Origin: Actinomycetes bacterium
GTDB lineage: Bacteria > Actinomycetota > JAICYB01
Direction: 5' to 3'
Assembly: GCA_025934435.1 (NCBI GenBank)
Contig: JAICYB010000005.1
Location: forward strand, 12,596 to 76,595
DNA length: 64,000 bases
A program made the translations under genes and the position numbers. The notes beneath the pieces were generated by a model. The model made no database searches and was not told the origin of the DNA. It was given only the letters and a program-made list of their open reading frames with translations. Of the stretch, positions 17,892 to 26,932 are shown piece after piece. The number at the start of each line of letters is the position of its first letter. The first letter of the stretch is position 1.

Positions 17892-18067
17892 GCCAAGTGA
17901 CGATCTGGCGAGGGTCGCTTGCCAATCGCGGCTCGAAAGCGTTCCAACCAGCGAAGCTCCCCGACCTGTGCGTTTTCACGATCGCTCATAGGCACTACGT
18001 TGGGCGCTGCCTGCGCTGCCTGACCAGTGATTCCACGTGTCGCGTCCCGACGAACGTCGTCAGCGAA

Positions 18068-18673
18068 TCATGCGGAAGGCGGGGTTCCCGCCGCAGTAAT
18101 GAACTGGCGTATCTGCGATCCATGCTCGGTCGTGTGACCGATCAAGGCCGTGATGATCAAGGCGTGCGGCTGGCCACCGTAGCGATGAGACTCCGGTAGC
18201 GGTGTAGCCGCCTTCTCGTCGGTCATATCGGCGAGTGTCGTACGCACCTGTTGGGTGCAGTGGTCGACGTACCCGAGGATCTGGGTTTGAGACCACGCGG
18301 TCGACAATGTCGCAAGATCCCGCCAATGCGGGTGCTCGGAAAACGGAGGCGGGGGCACCCACGGAGCGAGATCGCCGTTGAGGTCGTAGTCGACGCACTC
18401 GAGCGCGTGCCACGCCACGCTCCACGGAGCCGAGTAACGTTCGACCCATCGTCGCGAGAGGGCGGCGTTCTCTGCCTCGTCCGTGATCTGAGTCCAGTCC
18501 GATCTGATGAACTGGGAGCCCGGGGCCGGCGCCGGAACATCCCACATGCTCGATTCCCAGAGTTGATCGGGACAGTCGCGCACAGCGGCGCTGAGGAGAC
18601 TGAATGCCTGCTCGAAGCTGACGGTAAGACTCTCAACCCAGATCGATCCCACGTGAAACCCCTCCCCGGACAT
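18068..18673 (-). CDS. DinB-family protein
   Basis: 201 aa. ...ALIGHTTEHGSQIRQF, helical bundle pattern with conserved His residues. Confidence 0.65.
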   Translation of the reverse strand: MSGEGFHVGSIWVESLTVSFEQAFSLLSAAVRDCPDQLWESSMWDVPAPAPGSQFIRSDWTQITDEAENAALSRRWVERYSAPWSVAWHALECVDYDLNGDLAPWVPPPPFSEHPHWRDLATLSTAWSQTQILGYVDHCTQQVRTTLADMTDEKAATPLPESHRYGGQPHALIITALIGHTTEHGSQIRQFITAAGTPPSA

Positions 18674-18815
18674 CTTCGCGGCTTCAGAGGCGGACTAGCT
18701 TAGCCGCGACAAACGAACGCTGCCCGTAGGTAACCAGTCCAGTCGCAGACCTTGACGCAATCGCGCAGATGACCATGGCGCAGGCCAATTCCCTCTCACC
18801 CGCATAGCTCCGTGT

Positions 18816-18856
18816 TTTGGGGCCAGGAGAGCCAGGTCGAATCCAGGCGGCCCAGC
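18816..18856 (+). pseudogene. Degenerate tRNA-Gln remnant (5' end plus T arm and 3' acceptor, internal part missing)
   Basis: TTTTGGGGCC...GCCAGGTCGAATCCAGGCGGCCCAGC compared with the tRNA TTTTGGGCCG...CCTGGTTCGAGTCCAGGCGGCCCAGC. About 22 of 27 positions match over the 3' part. The T stem can no longer pair. Confidence 0.55.
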
Positions 18857-18868
18857 TTGCGGATCGTC

Positions 18869-18900
18869 GGCACTACGAAGGCCACTACAGGCACTATCCG
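18869..18900 (+). repeat. Three direct iterons GGC(C)ACTA(C/T) at about 10-11 nt spacing
   Basis: GGCACTACGAA GGCCACTACA GGCACTATCCG. An exact GGCACTACG also occurs at 17991-17999. Confidence 0.5.
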
Positions 18901-18995
18901 AACTTGCCGAGGCCAGGCGGCCTGTCCAGTCGAAGGCGGCCAACAACGTGCATCTCTTGGTAGCGCTTGACTAACCGCGAACCCAGAGCACGACC

Positions 18996-19016
18996 TTCGA
19001 GTTCGGGCGGCCCGGC
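18996..19016 (+). repeat. Second degenerate copy of the tRNA-Gln 3' end
   Basis: TTCGAGTTCGGGCGGCCCGGC compared with TTCGAGTCCAGGCGGCCCAGC (18 of 21 identical). Confidence 0.4.
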
Positions 19017-19020
19017 TCGC

Positions 19021-19650
19021 TCAGAGCAGCGCGCGGATCATGAACTCGCCGACGTAGCGCGCGTAGCGTGGGGTAGACCAGCCTCGCCGCACGACCAGTA
19101 GTTCGTACAACTCGAGCGCGCTGCAGATCCACAGGACGTCGGTCGCCTCGCCAACGCTGATCCCCTCGCGCAGGTAGCCGCGCTGCTTGAGGAAACGCGC
19201 GTGGTGACGCATGCGGTCGAGTCGTTCGGACTCTGTGCGATCGAGCAACGCGGCGATCTCGTCGTCCGTCGCCGCGAGGGTGCGCATGACGAACCTGATG
19301 GGTGAGACAACCGAAGCCACCTCGGCGGTCAGCTTGCCCCATTCGCGCATGATCGTCCGAGGATCCGCCTGTTCCTCGCGCATCGTGTCCGAGCGCAGGT
19401 ACGCCCGCTCGTCGCCGCGCCCCTCGAGACCGCGTTCGTAGATCTCACGGACGAGCCCGGCCTTCCCCCCGAATGACTTGTAGATCGTATCGACTGAAAC
19501 ACCGGCTTCCGCAGCGATGGACGCGATCGTGGTTGCGCCGTAGTCCTCGAGGCACTGGCGCTCGGCGGCGTCGAGGATCGCTTCGCGAGTCCGCCGCGCT
19601 CGCTCACGGCGCCCCGAAGAGTCGTAGTGCCGGGTCTTGACCTTGGCCAT
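19021..19650 (-). CDS. TetR-family transcriptional regulator
   Basis: ATG at 19650 (MAKVKTRHYDSSGRRERARRTREAILDAAERQCLEDYGATTIASIAAEAGVSVDTIYKSFGGKAGL). Confidence 0.85.
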   Translation of the reverse strand: MAKVKTRHYDSSGRRERARRTREAILDAAERQCLEDYGATTIASIAAEAGVSVDTIYKSFGGKAGLVREIYERGLEGRGDERAYLRSDTMREEQADPRTIMREWGKLTAEVASVVSPIRFVMRTLAATDDEIAALLDRTESERLDRMRHHARFLKQRGYLREGISVGEATDVLWICSALELYELLVVRRGWSTPRYARYVGEFMIRALL

Positions 19651-19656
19651 ATTTGG

Positions 19657-19677
19657 TTCCATACTACTGGAATGGAA
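19657..19677. promoter_or_regulatory. Inverted repeat TTCCAT-N9-ATGGAA, candidate TetR operator
   Basis: Lies in the 43-nt divergent gap between the TetR gene and the NTF2-like gene. Confidence 0.3.
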
Positions 19678-19693
19678 ACGAGAGGAGGGCGAT

Positions 19694-20095
19694 GTGACGG
19701 CAGTCATTGAGCGGTTGGTCAAGGCAGTGAACGCCTACGACCTCGACGCGCTAGTGCGCTGTTTCGCCGAGGACTACAGGAACGTGACACCGGTACACCC
19801 GATGCGCGGCTTCGTTGGTAGCGATCAGGTCAGGAAGAACTGGAGCCAGATCCTCGGCAGCATCAACGACATCAACGCCGCGGTTCTCCGCGAGGCGACC
19901 GACGGCGACCTCGTCTGGACGGAGTGGGACATGTCCGGTAAGCGCCCCGATGGGAGCCCCTTCCTTATGCGCGGTGTTGTCATCTTTGGTGTCACCGATG
20001 ACGTGATCCGCTCCGCCCGCTTCTATCTCGAGCCGGCAGAGGAAGAGAGTGGCGACGTCGATAGGCACACCGAACGCGTCGTGACGGGGCAATGA
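19694..20095 (+). CDS. NTF2/SnoaL-like protein
   Basis: GTG at 19694, 4 nt after GGAGGG. VIERLVKAVNAYDLDALVRCFAEDY... Confidence 0.7.
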   Translation: MTAVIERLVKAVNAYDLDALVRCFAEDYRNVTPVHPMRGFVGSDQVRKNWSQILGSINDINAAVLREATDGDLVWTEWDMSGKRPDGSPFLMRGVVIFGVTDDVIRSARFYLEPAEEESGDVDRHTERVVTGQ

Positions 20096-20937
20096 GCGTC
20101 CTCGTCGTTGGAGCAACAGGAAGTCTCGGAGGACGCATCGCCCGCGCTCTCCTCGAGCGCGGCGAAGCGGTCCGAGCCCTCGTCAGGGAAGGCAAGACGT
20201 TCGACGATCCGCGCGCTGAAGTCGTGAGCGGTGACCTGAAAGATCCCGAGTCGCTACGCAAGGCGTGCGCGGGCGTTGAGACGGTCGTCACCACCGCGAA
20301 TGGAATCGCCGGCATCGGCGAGGACAACGTCGAGACGGTCGACCGCCACGGCAACCGCAACCTCATCGACGCGGCCGCGGCAGAAGGCGTCAATCACTTC
20401 GTGTTCACGTCCGTTCTCGGCGCCGATCCGAGTCACTTTGTCCCGTTCATCGCAGCGAAGGGGGAGACTGAGGAGTACCTCAAAGCGAGCGGCATGTCGT
20501 GGACGATCATCCAGCCCGATCCCTTCATGGAGATCTGGCTGCCGAACGTGATGGGGAACGCGCTCGCGGGTGGGAGCGTGACGCTCGTCGGCGAAGGGAA
20601 GCAGCGCCACTCACTCGTCGCGATGGACGATGTCGTCGCCTATGAGGTCGTGGGCGCGACGAACCACGCAGCGAAGAACCGCACGATCCAAGTGGGTGGC
20701 GAGCCCGTCTCGTGGCGGGACGTGATCTCCGTCTACGAGCGCGTGTTCGGGCGCGAGATCGAGGTGAACACAGTTGCCATCGGTGAGCCCGTGCCCGGGA
20801 TGCCGGACTTCGTCCGCGAGCTCATGACCTCGCTCGAGTTCTACGAATCGCCGCTCGACATGACGGAAGCGTCACGAACGTTCGGCGTGCCGGTCACTTC
20901 ACTCGAGGATTTCGTGCGGGGACTCGCCGCCGCCTGA
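20092..20937 (+). CDS. NmrA-like / atypical SDR NAD(P)-binding protein
   Basis: MSVLVVGATGSLGGRIARALLERG. ATGA overlap with the upstream gene. Confidence 0.8.
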   Translation: MSVLVVGATGSLGGRIARALLERGEAVRALVREGKTFDDPRAEVVSGDLKDPESLRKACAGVETVVTTANGIAGIGEDNVETVDRHGNRNLIDAAAAEGVNHFVFTSVLGADPSHFVPFIAAKGETEEYLKASGMSWTIIQPDPFMEIWLPNVMGNALAGGSVTLVGEGKQRHSLVAMDDVVAYEVVGATNHAAKNRTIQVGGEPVSWRDVISVYERVFGREIEVNTVAIGEPVPGMPDFVRELMTSLEFYESPLDMTEASRTFGVPVTSLEDFVRGLAAA

Positions 20938-20967
20938 CGAGTCCAAATAGCGCAACCCGGAATGCGT

Positions 20968-20991
20968 GGTTCGAAGGCGGTCCAATCAACC
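20968..20991 (+). repeat. tRNA-3'-end-like motif GGTTCGAAGGCGGTCCAATCAACC (related copy at 18928-18948)
   Basis: Compare AGTCGAAGGCGGCCAACAACG at 18928-18948 and the tRNA end GGTTCGAGTCCAGGCGGCCCAGCCAACG. The match is weak and has gaps. Confidence 0.25.
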
Positions 20992-21161
20992 GTCTCTAGG
21001 ATTCGGTGCGACGTCCGCGGAGAAGCGCCACACCGTCGCCTTCGAGCTCGTCGAGCACAACGGAACGTCCCGCCATCGCGAGCGCAAGCGCCTCTCCCGC
21101 ACCGCGGACACCATTCCACCCGGCCACGGGTCGTACCTGGTCGAGCGTCTAACCTCATCGA

Positions 21162-22190
21162 GTGACCAACGAACCTGTCGACGTCGCCCGCGCCGATCTC
21201 CTCGACTACCTCGCTCGCCGAGGGCTGGCTGTCGCCAAAGATGCGTCGATGGATGTGCTCAACCAGCTCGCGTGGTCGCGCGTCTTCGGGCTGTCGGGCG
21301 ACGAACTCGACATCGCCGAATTGGCCGAACGTACCGGGCTCGATCCCGACGCCGCGCGACGCTTCCTGCGCGCACTTGGGCTCAAGGGCGACGGGCCATG
21401 GCATGAACGCGATGTCGTCGTGCTCGCGCTCCTCGGTGACGGGAGTTCGGTGTTCGGAAAGGACACGGTGAACCATCTGGCACGGGTCATCGGGTCGTCG
21501 ACCGATCGCATCGCAGAAGCGATCGCGGGCGCGGTCCGCATCGATTACGGCCCAGCGATACGCGCGGACCCGGCATCGAACTACGTCGAAGGGGTCGAGG
21601 CGATCTCCGCCGAGATGCTCCCGCGACTCGGGGCGATGATGGACAACCTCGTCCGGCGTCACTTACTCGAGCTCGTGGACATCGACTGGCATGCCGATGA
21701 GGATGCTCCGGTGATGGTTGCGCACTGCGCGATCGGGTTCGCCGACATGGTGGGCTTCACATCGCGCGCGGCGGGTTCGTCCGTTGGTGAGCTGACGAGT
21801 CTCATCGATCGCTTCGAGAGCGAGGTCACCGCAGCGGTCGTGGGAAGTGGTGGACGAGTCGTCAAATTCATCGGAGACGAGGTCATGTTCGCGTTCCGCC
21901 GAGCCGCCGACGCATGCAAGTGCGCGCGAGCACTGTTCGCGCTCGCGAGCGATGAAGCGATCCCGGACGTCCGGATCGGGATGGCGATGGGCGAAGTCGT
22001 GAGCCGTTTCGGTGATTACTACGGACCGATCGTGAACGTCGCGTCTCGCCTCGTGCAATCCGCGCCGCCGCGGAGTGCGCTCGTGACGGGCGCGCTGGCG
22101 TCGCTCGCACAAGGCGAAACTTTCGCGAGCTTCCGGGAACTTGAACTCCGCGGCATCCCCGGACGGGTCTCAGTTGCGGAACTCGGATAG
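21162..22190 (+). CDS. Class III adenylate/guanylate cyclase domain protein with an uncharacterised N-terminal domain
   Basis: C-terminal AIGFADMVGFTSRAA...VVKFIGDEVMFAF...GPIVNVASRL. Confidence 0.8.
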   Translation: MTNEPVDVARADLLDYLARRGLAVAKDASMDVLNQLAWSRVFGLSGDELDIAELAERTGLDPDAARRFLRALGLKGDGPWHERDVVVLALLGDGSSVFGKDTVNHLARVIGSSTDRIAEAIAGAVRIDYGPAIRADPASNYVEGVEAISAEMLPRLGAMMDNLVRRHLLELVDIDWHADEDAPVMVAHCAIGFADMVGFTSRAAGSSVGELTSLIDRFESEVTAAVVGSGGRVVKFIGDEVMFAFRRAADACKCARALFALASDEAIPDVRIGMAMGEVVSRFGDYYGPIVNVASRLVQSAPPRSALVTGALASLAQGETFASFRELELRGIPGRVSVAELG

Positions 22191-22238
22191 CTCACGCAGT
22201 TCCGTCCGGTTAGCGAGCTCTTGCGGCCGAACCCCACG

Positions 22239-22652
22239 TCACCCTGGGAGAAGGCCGAGCTGCTGCAGCATCGCGAGCTGGTCGATCACGTGCCAGTGTT
22301 CCGCGAGCTTGCCGTCCTGCAACCGGTGGATGTCGATACCGGCGATCGAGAAGCTCTTCCCGGTGGCAGGGATCCCGGCGAAGTTGGATACGTGCGTGCC
22401 GTCGTTCGTCCAGCGGACGACGACCTTGTCCCCGTCGCAGATGACGTCGTCGAGCGTGAATCGCGGACTCAGCCCGACACGCAGCATGGTGACGCGGTCC
22501 TTCAACCCGTCGCGCCCTTCGCCCTGCCCGGGAAGCGGGTCGTGCTCCCGGTAGGCCGTCACCGCTAGCTCGTCGATGAGATCGACGCGTCCGTCGTTGA
22601 GGACGTCCTCGTAATAGCTCCGGACGACCTTCTCGTTGCGCCTTGCGGACAT
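22239..22652 (-). CDS. Ester cyclase (SnoaL-like)
   Basis: ATG at 22652 after AGGAGG. NEKVVRSYYEDVLNDGRVDLIDEL...GKLAEHWHVID. Confidence 0.85.
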   Translation of the reverse strand: MSARRNEKVVRSYYEDVLNDGRVDLIDELAVTAYREHDPLPGQGEGRDGLKDRVTMLRVGLSPRFTLDDVICDGDKVVVRWTNDGTHVSNFAGIPATGKSFSIAGIDIHRLQDGKLAEHWHVIDQLAMLQQLGLLPG

Positions 22653-22700
22653 CTTGTCCTCCTGTCGTGTCGCTGTTGGCTTCACTATGGAGACGGATCG

Positions 22701-24902
22701 ATGGCGGAGCCACGAAAGGAAGTCACCGAGTTGGTCACCGGGTTGGCCTACGTCCTCCGTCGTGAACGCGTCGCTGCTGGACTCACGCAGGAGGAACTCG
22801 CGGAGCGGTCGGGCGTGAGCGCGCGCACGATCAGCGACGCCGAGCGCGGGTTGCGGTCGGTCATCTACAAGGACACAGCCGTCCGGCTGGCCGCCGCGCT
22901 CGGACTCGACATAGCGGGGCGCGACGAATTCATCGCGATCGCGCGCGGACGATCGACGGGGAGCGCTCGGACGATACCCGTCTCCGCCACCGGGCCCATC
23001 GGACGCGGCGTCGAGATCCAGGCGGCGATCGCCGCATCCCGCCAGTCGCGGCTCGTGACGCTCACGGGCCCCGGAGGGATCGGCAAGACGCGCATCGCCG
23101 TCGAGGTGGCGCGGGCCGTGCGCGATGCGGTCTTCGTCCCTCTCGGATCTTTGGACGATCCTTCGTTCGTCCCGAGCGTCGTTGCGCACGCCGTCGATGC
23201 CGTGTCGACAGCGACGTCGCCGATCGATGCGATCGCGTCGAAGATCGTCGATCGATCCGTCTTGTTCGTCCTCGACACCTTCGAGCACCTGATGGACGGG
23301 GCCCCGTTCGTCACTGAGTTGCTGGAGAGGTGTCCGAAGGTCCATGTGCTCGTGACCAGTCGGGAGCGACTTCACCTGACCGGCGAGCGCGAGGTCGAGG
23401 TGTCACCGCTCGACGCGTCGGACGCGGCGCAGCTCTTCCTCGAGCGCGCTACGGCGGCCGGGCTTGGATCCGTGCCGGACGCCGAAGCGGTCACAGAGAT
23501 CTGCCGCCGGCTCGAAGGCCTTCCGCTCGCGATCGAGTTGGCAGCGGCGCGCCTGCGACACATGACGCTGGCTTCGCTGCTCGAACATCTCGATGACCGA
23601 CTCGCTCTCTTGGTCGGCGGCCCGAACGACGTTCCGTCCCGGCAGCGAACCATCCGGGATACCGTCGCGTGGTCGTTCGATCTTCTCGATGACGATGCAC
23701 GGCGCGCGCTCGCTGCGTTGTCCGTCTTCGCCGGTGGATGGACGCTGGACGCCGCAGAGGCCGTCGTTCAGTCGGACGAACCACTGGCGCCACTCAGCGC
23801 ACTGGTCGACAAGAGCCTCATCACGTTCGGGGATGACGGTCGGTATCGCATGCTCGACGTCATCCGCGAATTCGCAGCCGAGCACCGCGGCGACTCGGCC
23901 GAACGCGCGCACGCGGAGTTCTTCGCCGCATACGCCGAGTCGGCCGAGCCGATGTTCGGTTCGGCCGGGCAGGAGCAGTGGTTCGAGTTCGTCGAACACG
24001 AGCACGACAACATCCGTGCCGCTCTGCGTTTCGCCGTCGACGAACGCGATGCCGCGCTCGCACAGCGGATGGCCGGCGCGCTGTGGCAGTTCTGGCGCGC
24101 CAATGGTCACGTGCAGGAAGGCCGGGCCTGGCTGAACGACGCCCTTACCATCCCGTCGGAAGATGCGTTTCGCGCGAAGGCGTTGTGGGGTGCAGCGTGG
24201 CTCGCCTACCACCAGGACGACTATCCGACGGCCGAGCGCCTGAGCATCGAACTGCTCGCCTTTGCGCGGCGAACGTCCGCTCCGATGGATCTACGGAACG
24301 GCCTGACGATCCGGGGGATGATCGCGATGGCCGAAGCGCGCTACGCCGAGGCGGCAGTCTCCTTCGAGGAGGCACTGGAACTCTGCCGGCCGCTGGGTCG
24401 GTCGTGGCTGCTCGCGACGTCACACCTCAATCTCGGATCAGCGCTGATGCACGTCGGAGATCTCGAACGCGCACAAGAGATGTTCGGATCCGCCGCTGCG
24501 CTCTATCGAGAGCTCGGGGATCGGCGGTTCGCGACTCGAGGAGACATGTATCTCGCGCAGGTCCGCATGCTTCGAGGAGACGATGACGGTGCTTGCGAGT
24601 CGGCTGCGCTCGTGCTGAGCGCGGCCGCCGACATCGGTGACGAGCAGTCGATCGCCGAGGGCCTCGAAACGCTCGCCGCGGCCGAGGCGTTCGGGCGTCC
24701 GGACCGCGCGGCGTTCGTTGCCGGCGTCGCCCGAGCGATGCGCGACGACATGTCGATCCGTCAGCTTCCGTACGATCGCGCTCTGGTCGACGGTCGTCTG
24801 ACGACGGGTCGAGCCCGCATCAGCGAACGCGAGTGGCGTGACGCGTTCGACGAAGGGCGAACCACGGCGCTCGACGCAGCTATAGAGCAACTCTGTCGCT
24901 GA
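22701..24902 (+). CDS. STAND-type regulator: XRE helix-turn-helix + NB-ARC/AAA ATPase + TPR repeats
   Basis: LTQEELAERSGVSARTISDAERG (helix-turn-helix), LTGPGGIGKTRIA (Walker A), LFVLDTFEH (Walker B), GLPLAIELAA. The C-terminal ~300 aa are TPR-like. Confidence 0.8.
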   Translation: MAEPRKEVTELVTGLAYVLRRERVAAGLTQEELAERSGVSARTISDAERGLRSVIYKDTAVRLAAALGLDIAGRDEFIAIARGRSTGSARTIPVSATGPIGRGVEIQAAIAASRQSRLVTLTGPGGIGKTRIAVEVARAVRDAVFVPLGSLDDPSFVPSVVAHAVDAVSTATSPIDAIASKIVDRSVLFVLDTFEHLMDGAPFVTELLERCPKVHVLVTSRERLHLTGEREVEVSPLDASDAAQLFLERATAAGLGSVPDAEAVTEICRRLEGLPLAIELAAARLRHMTLASLLEHLDDRLALLVGGPNDVPSRQRTIRDTVAWSFDLLDDDARRALAALSVFAGGWTLDAAEAVVQSDEPLAPLSALVDKSLITFGDDGRYRMLDVIREFAAEHRGDSAERAHAEFFAAYAESAEPMFGSAGQEQWFEFVEHEHDNIRAALRFAVDERDAALAQRMAGALWQFWRANGHVQEGRAWLNDALTIPSEDAFRAKALWGAAWLAYHQDDYPTAERLSIELLAFARRTSAPMDLRNGLTIRGMIAMAEARYAEAAVSFEEALELCRPLGRSWLLATSHLNLGSALMHVGDLERAQEMFGSAAALYRELGDRRFATRGDMYLAQVRMLRGDDDGACESAALVLSAAADIGDEQSIAEGLETLAAAEAFGRPDRAAFVAGVARAMRDDMSIRQLPYDRALVDGRLTTGRARISEREWRDAFDEGRTTALDAAIEQLCR

Positions 24903-24905
24903 AGC

Positions 24906-25826
24906 TCACGCCGTCGCGAGCTCCTTGAGCAACGCGTAGGTGCGCTCTCGCGACGCCGTGCGGTCGTCGCCAACGGGGAACGGCGCCGCCCACACGTCGG
25001 TGGCGCCCGCGGAGAAGAGATCCTCGATCTGGGACGCGACACCGGCCTCGTTGCCGACGATCGCGGCGTCGGCCGGTCCTTCGACACCGCCGTGCGCGAG
25101 GATGCGCTGATAGTTCGGGAGGAATCCGTAACCCGCGAAACTCTGTGCCGCAGTGTTGCGTGCTTCGTCCACGTCGTCGTGTACGGCGACCGGCAACCCG
25201 GCGACGATGCGCGGTTCGCCGCGTCCCGCGTTCGCGGCGGCTTTGCGGAGCAGTGGCGCGACGTGCGTTTCGATGGACCGAGCGTTGCCCATCCACAGGA
25301 TCGTTCCGGCCGTTTGATCTCCGGCTACGCGCAGGAGTCGCGGCGCGAGAGCGGACACGAGAACTTGGATCTCGCTGCCTTCCGAGACGCGGCCGGCCGG
25401 GACGTTCACCCGGAAGTCTTCGCCCTCGAACGTGACAGCTTCACCGCGCAGAAGTGGAACCAGTACCGAGATGTACTCCTCGGTGTGTCGTCCGGCATGG
25501 TCGTAGGGCAGACCGAACATCCCTTCGATCACCGGCTGGTGGGACGGACCGACGCCGAGCGTGAACCGGTTCGCCGCGCCGATCGCATCCGCGACCGCAC
25601 GCGCGCGCGTCGCCATGAGGACGGGATGCGTCGTGTACGTCTGGAGGACGGAGGTCCCAAGTTCGATCCTCGATGTTGCCCGTCCGACGATGGCCATCGC
25701 GACGAGCGGATCGCCGGCGGTCGCGCTCGCGTACCACAGGCTCGCGAACCCGTCGCCTTCGGCGCGCTGCGCCTGCGCGACGAGCTTGTCGATCGTCGAT
25801 CCCGTGCCCGGCAGTCCGATCCGCAT
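24906..25826 (-). CDS. LLM-class (luciferase-like) F420-dependent oxidoreductase
   Basis: ATG at 25826 after GAGGGG. MRIGLPGTGS...FTLGVGPSHQPVIEGMFG. Confidence 0.8.
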   Translation of the reverse strand: MRIGLPGTGSTIDKLVAQAQRAEGDGFASLWYASATAGDPLVAMAIVGRATSRIELGTSVLQTYTTHPVLMATRARAVADAIGAANRFTLGVGPSHQPVIEGMFGLPYDHAGRHTEEYISVLVPLLRGEAVTFEGEDFRVNVPAGRVSEGSEIQVLVSALAPRLLRVAGDQTAGTILWMGNARSIETHVAPLLRKAAANAGRGEPRIVAGLPVAVHDDVDEARNTAAQSFAGYGFLPNYQRILAHGGVEGPADAAIVGNEAGVASQIEDLFSAGATDVWAAPFPVGDDRTASRERTYALLKELATA

Positions 25827-25928
25827 AGTCGTCCCCTCGCTCGCTTCGGCTCCATGATGCTCGGTTTGATATCCATTCCGCATGCGCGAGATCGGTATAG
25901 GAGGATTCCGGTAGCGACGCTCCATCTG

Positions 25929-26378
25929 ATGGTTGGGCTTCCATGTTCGGGCAAGACGACGCTTGCTCGGCTGCTCGAGCGTGAGCACGCGGCGCTGCGC
26001 CTGACGCCTGATGAGTGGCAGTTGCGTCTGTTCGGTCAGGACGCAGAAGAGCCGGAGCACGATCGCAGGCACCGCGTGATCGAAGCGCTGCAGTGGGAGG
26101 TCGCGGAGCGATGTCTCGCCTTGGGCGTCGACGTGATACTCGACTTCGGATTTTGGGCGCGCGAGGAGCGAGAAGATTTCCGCGGTCGCGCCGAGCGGCT
26201 CGGTTCGAGTAGCGAGGTGCACTTCCTCGATGTATCCGGGGAGGAGCTGCTGCGACGGCTGGCACGACGAAATGCCGAGCAGTCGCATCTCGCCTTCCGC
26301 ATCCCCGAAGAGATGATGGCGCCCTGGATCGCCGCCTTCGAGCAGCCGACGGCCGAGGAATTGTCGCGCAGAGACTGA
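25929..26378 (+). CDS. P-loop kinase-like ATPase (AAA_33 / zeta-toxin-like fold)
   Basis: GLPCSGKTTLARLL, ILDFGFW. Start uncertain: an AGGAGG at 25899-25904 has no canonical start codon at proper spacing. Confidence 0.6.
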   Translation: MVGLPCSGKTTLARLLEREHAALRLTPDEWQLRLFGQDAEEPEHDRRHRVIEALQWEVAERCLALGVDVILDFGFWAREEREDFRGRAERLGSSSEVHFLDVSGEELLRRLARRNAEQSHLAFRIPEEMMAPWIAAFEQPTAEELSRRD

Positions 26379-26456
26379 AGCAGCGTTCGACGACCGCTGG
26401 CAACCTTCCGTACTGATGTCGATAGAGTCGAATCTGTTGACCTAAGGGAGTTCGAC

Positions 26457-26921
26457 ATGTCGTACACCGTTGATTTCGCTGACGTCTCAACCGTCGGCCT
26501 CGAGACCTCGCCGGTCGCGGATGCGCTGGCGGGTCTGCGCGCGAATGAGGCCCGGTACTTCAAGAACAAGTACGACCACACCTTCATCGTCGAGCCTGCG
26601 AGCAAGGCGAAGAAGACGATCGACTGGATCCACAAGATCCTCAAGGACGAACGCGACATCGTTATCGAGTCGCGTCCGCTCGAGGCGACGGAGTTCCAAG
26701 TGGAGAACATCCGGATGGCGTACGTCTTCTACGAGAGCGGTCTGTCCATCAATGTCATGTACACCTTGGACGACGGTGGGAAGCGCGCCGTCGGGTTCAA
26801 GCTCTCGGATGGCATGGAGATCCCCGAGGAGCTCGCGTCGAAGTTCAAGTTCGCGCGGCAGAAGTCGAAGCTCGCGGGAACGATCCGGGGTTCCTACTTC
26901 AACATCAAGAACGAGTACTGA
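26457..26921 (+). CDS. Hypothetical protein (Lys/Glu-rich, no motif recognised)
   Basis: Clean 154-aa ORF with host-like GC3 and an AAGGGAG ribosome-binding site. 11 nt upstream of the Ddn-like gene. Confidence 0.6.
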   Translation: MSYTVDFADVSTVGLETSPVADALAGLRANEARYFKNKYDHTFIVEPASKAKKTIDWIHKILKDERDIVIESRPLEATEFQVENIRMAYVFYESGLSINVMYTLDDGGKRAVGFKLSDGMEIPEELASKFKFARQKSKLAGTIRGSYFNIKNEY

Positions 26922-26932
26922 CAGGAGGAGTT

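Noticed and set aside
17124-20991. Calling the tRNA-Gln-linked segment a mobile element or genomic island feature
   Set aside because: No integrase, excisionase, transposase or conjugation gene is present, and the att-like repeats are degenerate. I report it as a finding and do not annotate a mobile_element.
25092-25928. Long N-terminal extension (428-aa version) of the P-loop kinase ORF
   Set aside because: The extension is antisense to the well-supported LLM oxidoreductase gene and is Arg/Asp-rich. Only the last ~150 codons carry kinase motifs.
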